A DNA stretch of 64,000 nt, taken from Candidatus Multiplicimicrobium inquinatum. Its GTDB lineage: Bacteria; Omnitrophota; Omnitrophia; Omnitrophales; Aquincolibacteriaceae. The stretch spans positions 1,775-65,774 of the forward strand of contig DDUN01000003.1 in NCBI GenBank assembly GCA_002344825.1, given 5' to 3'. The notes beneath the pieces were generated by a model. That model was given only the letters and a program-made list of their open reading frames with translations. It searched no databases and had not been told where the DNA came from. The translations under genes were made by a program, and so were the position numbers. Positions 57,769 to 64,000 of the stretch are shown piece by piece (position 1 is the stretch's first letter; each line of letters begins with the position of its first letter).

Positions 57769-59255
57769 AATATTTAATTGTTTTACCCATCATCATTCCT
57801 TTGGTTGCCGCGTCATTTTGTTTGTTGGCATGGCCCTGGCGTCAAGTTCAGCGCTGGATCGGTGTTTTGGGCTCCGCCGCGCTTTTGGCCGCGTCCATCG
57901 CTTTGTTTTGCCAGGTGAATACGTCGGGAATTCAGGTGATGAGTATGGGCAATTGGCCGATCCCTTTCGGGATTGTTTTTGCCGCGGATCTTTTTGGTTC
58001 CATTATGTTGGTTTTGGGCGCGATCATGGGATTTGCCGTTTCAATTTATTCATTGGCCGCCATGGATCAAAAAAGAGAGGCTTTTGGCTATTACCCTTTG
58101 TTTCAGATTTTAATGATGGGGGTTTCAGGAGCTTTTCTTACCGGCGATATTTTTAATCTGTATGTTTGGTTTGAAGTTTTATTGATGGCGTCTTTTGTGC
58201 TTTTATCTTTGGGCGGGGAACGCGGCCAAATTGAAGGCGCGATTAAATATGTCGCGCTTAACCTGGTTTCCTCCGCGATTTTTCTCGCTGCGGTGGGGAT
58301 TTTATACGGCACCGTGGGAACTTTAAACTTTGCGGATTTAGCGGTGGTGCTTCAGCATTATCCTAACCAAGGATTGATTACCACTCTGGCGATGCTTTTT
58401 ATTGTAGCTTTCGGTATTAAAGCCGCCAGCTTCCCATTTTTCTTTTGGCTGCCGGCCTCTTATCACACTCCGCCTGTGCCGGTATCGGCAATTTTTGCGG
58501 GCTTGCTGACTAAGGTCGGGGTTTACGCGTTGATTCGTGTTTTTACTTTACTCTTTAGAGGCGATACAGGATATACGCATGAAATTATTTTGGTTATGTC
58601 TGGGTTGACCATGCTCACGGGTATTTTTGGTGCGGTGACGCAAAATGACATGAGACGCATTCTTTCCTTTCACATTGTCAGCCAAATTGGCTACATGCTG
58701 ATGGGGTTAGGACTTTTTACTAAACTGGCTCTGGCGGGATCCATTTTTTATATCATTCACCACATTGTGGTTAAAACCAATTTATTTTTGGTGTCGGGTG
58801 TGGTGGAGAAGATTTTTGGCACGACCGAGTTAAAAAAACTGGGGGGACTCTATCATTCGCGTCCTTGGCTTTCCGTTTTCTTTTTGATTTCAGCCCTGTC
58901 GTTGGCGGGGATTCCGCCGCTTTCAGGGTTCTTTGCCAAGTTAGTATTGATTCAAAGCGGTTTAGAAATAGAGCGTTATGGAATTGTCGCGATCGCCTTG
59001 ATTGTTGGGCTTCTTACTTTGTTTTCGATGACTAAAATTTGGAATGAAGTTTTTTGGAAAAATCCGCCCGAGCCGGTTTTGCCGGCACCGTCTTTTTCAC
59101 CGGTGGGGTGGATGTTGCCCGTGACTGCTTTAGCGGTCATTACGGTTTGCGTTGGTGTTTTGGCGGGCCCTATCTTTGAGTTAACCATAAGAACTTCGGA
59201 GCAATTGATGAATCAAGAAATTTATATTTCCGCGGTGTTGGGAGCGCGGCCATGA
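57765..59255 (+). CDS. mrpD: Na+/H+ antiporter subunit D (MrpD/MnhD), NuoM/N-like
   Basis: 496 aa polytopic protein, at the expected position in the operon. Confidence 0.85.
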   Translation: MKYLIVLPIIIPLVAASFCLLAWPWRQVQRWIGVLGSAALLAASIALFCQVNTSGIQVMSMGNWPIPFGIVFAADLFGSIMLVLGAIMGFAVSIYSLAAMDQKREAFGYYPLFQILMMGVSGAFLTGDIFNLYVWFEVLLMASFVLLSLGGERGQIEGAIKYVALNLVSSAIFLAAVGILYGTVGTLNFADLAVVLQHYPNQGLITTLAMLFIVAFGIKAASFPFFFWLPASYHTPPVPVSAIFAGLLTKVGVYALIRVFTLLFRGDTGYTHEIILVMSGLTMLTGIFGAVTQNDMRRILSFHIVSQIGYMLMGLGLFTKLALAGSIFYIIHHIVVKTNLFLVSGVVEKIFGTTELKKLGGLYHSRPWLSVFFLISALSLAGIPPLSGFFAKLVLIQSGLEIERYGIVAIALIVGLLTLFSMTKIWNEVFWKNPPEPVLPAPSFSPVGWMLPVTALAVITVCVGVLAGPIFELTIRTSEQLMNQEIYISAVLGARP

Positions 59256-59587
59256 AGCTTTTTGTAAAGCTGATCAAATTAATCCGTCTGGGAGTTTATT
59301 TTCTTTGGCAGCTTTTGCTTTCCAATATCAAAATTGCGCAATGCGTTCTGGGGCCGGAAAGACTTATGCAGTCCGGAATCATTGCGATTCCGCTGACGGT
59401 TAAAACGGACTTAGAAATATTTTTGCTCGCGAATGCGATTACTTTGACTCCTGGAAGTTTAACCGTGGATGTTTCTGCGGATCATCAGTTTTTATATGTT
59501 CACGGTATGCAGATCGGAGATGCCGAGGCTTACCGCCGTGATATCAAAGAAGGGTTTGAACGTATGATTTTGGAGGTCTTTCAATGA
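59252..59587 (+). CDS. mrpE: Na+/H+ antiporter subunit E (MrpE/MnhE)
   Basis: 111 aa, at the expected position in the operon. Confidence 0.7.
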   Translation: MKLFVKLIKLIRLGVYFLWQLLLSNIKIAQCVLGPERLMQSGIIAIPLTVKTDLEIFLLANAITLTPGSLTVDVSADHQFLYVHGMQIGDAEAYRRDIKEGFERMILEVFQ

Positions 59588-59874
59588 GTTTTCAAGAAAT
59601 CAATCCATTGCCGTTTGCCTTTGCTTTTTCAATGGTTGTTTTGGGGGTTAGCTTGGTTTTGGGATTCATCCGTCTTTTAAAAGGTCCGAGTTTATGCGAT
59701 CGTGTTGTGGCTTTTGATCTGATTACCACACTGGGGGTCAGCATCATTGCGGTTTATGTCATGATGTTTAAAAAATACGCGGAGCTTGATATTGCTATGG
59801 TGGTGGGATTGGTTGCCTTTCTCGGAACGGTGGCTTTGGCTTATTATACCGAAAAGAAAAAAGGTGAACTATGA
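59584..59874 (+). CDS. mrpF: Na+/H+ antiporter subunit F (MrpF/MnhF)
   Basis: 96 aa with three TMs, at the expected position in the operon. Confidence 0.7.
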   Translation: MSFQEINPLPFAFAFSMVVLGVSLVLGFIRLLKGPSLCDRVVAFDLITTLGVSIIAVYVMMFKKYAELDIAMVVGLVAFLGTVALAYYTEKKKGEL

Positions 59875-60218
59875 ATTGGCTGACGTCTTTTTTATTGGTT
59901 GCGGGAGCGCTTTTTTCACTTTTAGCAGCGGTTGGAATTCTAAAAATGCCGGACCTTTTTAACCGCATGCACACTTCCACCAAATCAGGGACAATGGGGG
60001 TGGGGTGCTTTTTAATCGCGGCCGCGGTTTATTCCCGCGACTTTGGAACGGCTTTGACCGCGGTGTTAATTTTTGTATTTTTTCTTTTGACCGCGCCCGT
60101 TGCCGCGCATATGATTGCGCGTGCTGCTTATTTCACCGGCGTTCCGCTTTGGAAAAAGTCGGTGATGGATGATTTGAGCGCGCAGAAAAAAGATCATCCG
60201 CTTGACTCTGAAAAATGA
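59871..60218 (+). CDS. mrpG: Na+/H+ antiporter subunit G (MrpG/MnhG)
   Basis: 115 aa with three TMs; last gene of the operon. Confidence 0.7.
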   Translation: MNWLTSFLLVAGALFSLLAAVGILKMPDLFNRMHTSTKSGTMGVGCFLIAAAVYSRDFGTALTAVLIFVFFLLTAPVAAHMIARAAYFTGVPLWKKSVMDDLSAQKKDHPLDSEK

Positions 60219-60267
60219 TTGGTTCGCTAAAATAAACAAAAATAAGAATAAATAATAAGGTGATTTA

Positions 60268-60939
60268 ATGAAATATTCTATTCTTGGGCTCGGCTTATTT
60301 TTGATTGTTTTAACCGGCTGTGCTTCTTCGCAAAGTAATTCCGCGGCAGCAACCGGTTGTTCATCTTGTCAGGTATCCACGCAGTCTCAGGGTGTCGTTG
60401 CTTCTTCCGTATCCGCGGTAAAAGCTGTGCCTGCCGAGACTGTTCAAACAACTTCCGTAACACAGAAAGACGAGGGAATTGTGAAAGTTAAAATTGAAAC
60501 CAATATGGGTGTGATCGAAGCTAGCTTGTTCGCGAATGAAGCTCCCAAAACCGTAGAGAACTTTGTTAAGCTCGCTGAAAAAGGTTTTTACGACGGAATT
60601 ATTTTTCACCGTGTTATTCCTGATTTTATGGTTCAGACGGGTGATCCTACCGGAACAGGCCGCGGCGGTCCGGGCTACCAGTTTGAAGATGAATTTTCTC
60701 CGAAGTTAAAACACAATAAGCCCGGTATTTTTTCAATGGCGAATTCCGGACCGGGAACGAACGGCAGCCAGTTTTTTATTACGGTTGCGGCGACACCCTG
60801 GCTTGATAATCGCCATTCTATTTTTGGAGAGGTTACGGCAGGAATGGATGTTGTTACCAAGATTTCACTTGCGAGTCGTGACCGTCAGGACAAGCCTGTT
60901 AGTGAAATTAAAATGCTTAAAGTTAGTGTTGAGAAGTGA
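60268..60939 (+). CDS. ppiA: Cyclophilin-type peptidyl-prolyl cis-trans isomerase, lipoprotein
   Basis: Lipobox LIVLTGCAS; cyclophilin motifs [26 protein letters not shown] and [17 protein letters not shown]. Confidence 0.85.
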   Translation: MKYSILGLGLFLIVLTGCASSQSNSAAATGCSSCQVSTQSQGVVASSVSAVKAVPAETVQTTSVTQKDEGIVKVKIETNMGVIEASLFANEAPKTVENFVKLAEKGFYDGIIFHRVIPDFMVQTGDPTGTGRGGPGYQFEDEFSPKLKHNKPGIFSMANSGPGTNGSQFFITVAATPWLDNRHSIFGEVTAGMDVVTKISLASRDRQDKPVSEIKMLKVSVEK

Positions 60940-61021
60940 TCTTTTTATAGCATCAGCTCATTTTTTGATAATTGTTTTGTTTTCATTTTTAATTTCAAAA
61001 GACATAGGGTAGAATTCAGGC

Positions 61022-61441
61022 ATGCCTTTTAAGAAGCCCGAGAACCGACGTAAACATGCTCGTGTTGCCTTGTGCCGGCTCGTAAAAATTCAGACTGAAA
61101 AGAGCACCGGACCTTCTGAGATTTCTCAAACGTATGACCTTTCCGAAGCCGGAATGCGTTTTCACGTAACAGATATTTCAAGTACCGGTTTTAAATTCAG
61201 TCTGCCGGCCATTGAGGGCGATTTACCGTTTGCCAGCTTAAAAAAGGGCGACAAGCTTCATTTCCGCATTAATTTGGATCCGGATCACCCCGAGGTTGCT
61301 TTGCTTGGAAAAGTCGCCTGGGTGTCTCGTGAGGCCGTTTCCGGCGGCATGATCCGGGTTAGATCAGGCGTTGAGTTTGTCAACGTCTCCGACGCTGATC
61401 GGAAACTGATACAAGTCTACGTTTCTGCTTTTCAAAAATAG
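61022..61441 (+). CDS. PilZ-domain protein (c-di-GMP receptor)
   Basis: RxxxR motif NRRKHARV and D/NxSxxG motif YDLSEAGMRF. Confidence 0.65.
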   Translation: MPFKKPENRRKHARVALCRLVKIQTEKSTGPSEISQTYDLSEAGMRFHVTDISSTGFKFSLPAIEGDLPFASLKKGDKLHFRINLDPDHPEVALLGKVAWVSREAVSGGMIRVRSGVEFVNVSDADRKLIQVYVSAFQK

Positions 61442-61548
61442 TTTTTCCCGCATAACAATTACGTATTTTTTTCCCTCTTATTCACCCACAAAATTGTCTT
61501 AATCGAATCTTCTTTGGCCTATCATAAGGACATTTTTTTTATTCAAAA

Positions 61549-61565
61549 TTGGCATTTTTATTGCA
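61549..61565 (+). promoter_or_regulatory. Sigma-54 (RpoN) -24/-12 promoter, ttGGcatttttatTGCaa
   Basis: GG and GC are separated by exactly 10 nt and match TGGCAC-N5-TTGCW. The element lies ~90 nt upstream of the amtB start. Confidence 0.6.
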
Positions 61566-61656
61566 ATGATGTAGCATCTCGCCGAAAGAATCGTCGTGGG
61601 GATGATCTTTTTATTTAGGCTTTAAAGAATTCGAATCTAATCACAGGGGGAAACTT

Positions 61657-62982
61657 ATGTTTCGTCAAAAATGGAAGACAGGGGTGTTTTTTGCTCTGTC
61701 TTTGTTCGCTTCTCGTTTTGCTTTCGCGGAGGAAATTCAGATTGATACCGGAACAACAGCTTGGATGCTTACTTCCACCGCACTTGTCTTGTTGATGGTG
61801 CCGGGCTTAGCGCTTTTTTATGCCGGACTGGTGCGCACAAAGAATGTGTTAGCCACCATGATGCATAGTTTTGCCGCTATGGCGATTGTCGGAGTGCTTT
61901 GGGTTGTATGCGGTTATGCGTTAGCATTCGGCCCGAATGTTCTTGGCGGATGGATCGGCTGGAACCCGCAACTGCTTTTTTTAAAGGGGATTGATGAAAC
62001 CATTATGAGCGCGGGTGTCCCCGAATATGTATTTGCCATGTTTCAGGGAAAGTTTGCGATTATCACTCCGGCGCTGATCGCGGGCGCTTTTGCCGAGCGC
62101 GTTAAATTTAAGGGTTATTGCATTTACATTACCCTTTGGATTCTTTTGATTTATTGCCCCGTATGTCATTGGGTTTGGGCGTCAGATGGGTATTTATTTA
62201 ATTTGGGGGCAAAAGGTGCGATTGACTTCGCGGGCGGAACTGTGGTGCATATCACCGCGGGTGTTTCAGCTCTTGTGGCCGCGCTTTATTTAGGCGCACG
62301 TAAAGGTTACCCGCTCACGGCCATGCATCCGAACAATTTGGTTATGACGATGCTTGGTGCCGGATTACTTTGGGTGGGCTGGTTTGGATTTAACGCCGGC
62401 AGCTCGATTGCCAGCAACTTGGATACGGCGCGCGCTTTGACGGTCACGCAAGCCGCCGCCGCGGCCGGAGCTCTTTCCTGGATGCTAATTGAAGGTGTGA
62501 AGCATGGCAAAGCAACCAGTCTTGGTTTTTCGAGCGGTATTTTGGCCGGTCTTGTTGCGATTACGCCTGCGGCCGGAGTGGTGACTCCGATGGGCGCGAT
62601 CATCCTTGGTTTTCTGGCTTCCTTTGTTTGCTATATCTCAATCGGAATCAAAACAAAATTGGGGTATGACGATAGTTTAGACGTATTCGGCATTCATGGG
62701 ATGGCGGGTATTTTTGGCGCGATTGGCTTGGTTTTTTTCATTCGACCATCGTGGATGGCGGACGCGGCTTCAATTAAAGAGGGTTGGAATATGATGAGTC
62801 AGCTGTTGGTTCAACTTCAGGCTGTGGGCATTACCATCTTGTATGCCGGTGTTGCTTCTTTCATTTTAGTTGTGTTCGTTGATAAGGTTTTTGGTTTTCG
62901 TGCGAATCGCCGTGAGGAAATGGCGGGTCTTGATGAAACGATGCACGGTGAACAAGGCTATGGCCTTATTAACCTGAATTAA
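61657..62982 (+). CDS. amtB: Ammonium transporter (Amt family)
   Basis: Signal peptide plus 11 TMs; conserved …DFAGGTVVHITAG… and GFNAGS motifs. Confidence 0.9.
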   Translation: MFRQKWKTGVFFALSLFASRFAFAEEIQIDTGTTAWMLTSTALVLLMVPGLALFYAGLVRTKNVLATMMHSFAAMAIVGVLWVVCGYALAFGPNVLGGWIGWNPQLLFLKGIDETIMSAGVPEYVFAMFQGKFAIITPALIAGAFAERVKFKGYCIYITLWILLIYCPVCHWVWASDGYLFNLGAKGAIDFAGGTVVHITAGVSALVAALYLGARKGYPLTAMHPNNLVMTMLGAGLLWVGWFGFNAGSSIASNLDTARALTVTQAAAAAGALSWMLIEGVKHGKATSLGFSSGILAGLVAITPAAGVVTPMGAIILGFLASFVCYISIGIKTKLGYDDSLDVFGIHGMAGIFGAIGLVFFIRPSWMADAASIKEGWNMMSQLLVQLQAVGITILYAGVASFILVVFVDKVFGFRANRREEMAGLDETMHGEQGYGLINLN

Positions 62983-62999
62983 TCGGGAGGAAAAATATT

Positions 63000-63341
63000 A
63001 TGAAATTGATTACAGCTATTATTCAGCCCGATAAATTGGATGAAGTCCGTGAAGCCTTGCATGCCGCGGAGATTACGCGCGTGACCGTGAGCCGCTGCAC
63101 CGGCCGCGGCCATCAGGCGGGTGAAGAGCTTTATCGCGGACAATCCGTGGTGCCGACTTTGATTCCTAAGGTGCGCATTGATATTGCGTGCAATGAGGAA
63201 TATGTCGATGCCGCGATTAACGCGATTTTAAAATCAGCGCGTCATGGTGACGGCAAAATCGGTGACGGTAAGATTTTTGTGACCGCGCTGGAGCGTTGCA
63301 TTCGTATCCGCACCGGCGAATCCGGCGGTGTTGCGATCTAA
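63000..63341 (+). CDS. glnK: Nitrogen regulatory protein P-II (GlnK type, linked to amtB)
   Basis: MKLITAIIQPDKLDEVREAL…TGRGHQAGEELYRGQ (T-loop Tyr) …GDGKIFVT. Confidence 0.9.
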   Translation: MKLITAIIQPDKLDEVREALHAAEITRVTVSRCTGRGHQAGEELYRGQSVVPTLIPKVRIDIACNEEYVDAAINAILKSARHGDGKIGDGKIFVTALERCIRIRTGESGGVAI

Positions 63342-63461
63342 AACGGCTGAAATGGTCTTATCGCGGCGTTGCAAGCTTCGCGACATTTGTGCGGCGTAGG
63401 TTTCACTACGCCTCCGCAGTCGCTTACTTGCGCCTTGCGATAAGACCATTTGAACCGTTTT
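63340..63461. repeat. REP-like large imperfect palindrome, copy 3 of 3
   Basis: Core tttgtgcggcgtaGgtttcaCtacgcctccgcag with long outer arms aaaacggctgaaatggtcttatcgc … gcgataagaccatttgaaccgtttt. Located at the 3' end of glnK. Confidence 0.8.
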
Positions 63462-63630
63462 GGTGAACAATCCCAACTCCTGCTTTTTCTTCTATAACTT
63501 GTAGCCGCTCTCTTTCTTTGATCGATTGTAAACTCTCGGTTGGTTTGAGTCGATAATCTGACATCATTTATTCACTGTCGAATTGTTTAATACCTTTTGA
63601 AAGAAGATTTGTATGAGCTTAAAAAAAATA

Positions 63631-64000
63631 TTAGTGACGGGCGGAGCGGGATATATCGGTTCGCACACGGTTGTTGAACTGGTTCGTTCCGGCTATGTTC
63701 CTGTGATTCTCGATAATTTTTCCAACTCGGAAAAATTTATTCTCGCGCGAATCAATAAGATTGCAGGGCGTAAAATTTCTGCTTATGCGGGAGATTGCGC
63801 GCAGACCTCTGATGTGGCGAAAGTCTTTAAAAAAGAAGGCCGATTTCACGGAATCATTCACTTCGCGGCGCTGAAAGCCGTGGAAGAATCAGTAGCTGAG
63901 CCGCTCCGATATTACCGTAATAACTTGGGGAGCATGCTCACGATGCTCGAATCAGTTGGGCATTATCAAGTTCCTCATTTTGTTTTTTCTTCTTCCTGCA
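63631..64000 (+). CDS. galE: UDP-glucose 4-epimerase (GalE), 5' part; continues beyond the window
   Basis: ILVTGGAGYIGSHTVVEL Rossmann motif; the reading frame is open to the window end. Confidence 0.8.

Noticed and set aside
1-64000. Prophage, IS element or integron signatures
   Set aside because: I saw no integrase, transposase, terminal inverted repeats of IS type, attC-like sites, tRNA genes or phage structural genes. The only mobility-like signals are the REP-like palindromes and the gene remnants.

Overview
This window looks like a bacterial chromosomal segment of moderate to low GC content and uncertain taxonomy. Genes are tightly packed, mostly on the + strand, and many start and stop codons overlap. 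Almost every call below is a family-level inference from motifs read by eye; the ORF track reports longest ORFs (including GTG/TTG starts), so true start codons may lie downstream. The main parts are:

1. 1-3.5 kb: a cobalamin/siderophore-type import operon. It holds a TonB-dependent receptor C-terminus, btuF/btuC/btuD-like ABC importer genes and a cob(I)alamin adenosyltransferase.

2. 3.5-8 kb: housekeeping and stress genes. These are a PMT/GT39-like membrane protein with TPR repeats, two Hsp20 genes (one membrane-anchored), a LigT-like 2H phosphoesterase and a YbeD-like protein.

3. 8-12 kb: a candidate accessory cassette sitting between a decayed C-terminal fragment of an LL-diaminopimelate aminotransferase (dapL) gene and the intact dapL. 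It comprises a small membrane protein, a kinase-like/methyltransferase fusion and a sulfatase-family membrane protein.

4. 13-54 kb: one very large co-directional polysaccharide locus, probably for O-antigen, capsule or exopolysaccharide. It contains an MsbA-like ABC exporter, at least ten glycosyltransferases (GT2 and GT4), two Wzy/O-antigen-ligase-like membrane proteins and WecB. Its tailoring genes include a sulfotransferase, methyltransferases, acetyl- and acyltransferases, and an acyl-carrier-protein plus adenylating enzyme plus two FAD-dependent oxidases. It also encodes an AsnB-like amidotransferase, a Gfo/Idh/MocA oxidoreductase, a NodU-type carbamoyltransferase and an SDR epimerase. 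The export end has a large outer-membrane protein, Wza, an uncharacterised 653-aa protein, a Wzc-like co-polymerase/tyrosine kinase and a WbaP-like initiating phosphotransferase. Two decayed glycosyltransferase remnants lie inside the locus.

5. 54-64 kb: a convergent metallophosphoesterase, a complete Mrp/Mnh Na+/H+ antiporter operon (A-G), a cyclophilin lipoprotein, a PilZ protein, amtB-glnK preceded by a textbook sigma-54 promoter, and the 5' part of galE.

Non-genic signals are a perfect 29-bp inverted repeat overlapping the btuF signal-peptide coding region, a three-member family of ~110-120-bp palindromic REP-like elements at gene 3' ends (with a compensatory base change in the core stem), and a perfect 16-bp palindrome at a gene start. 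I found no CRISPR array, transposase, integrase, tRNA or rRNA.
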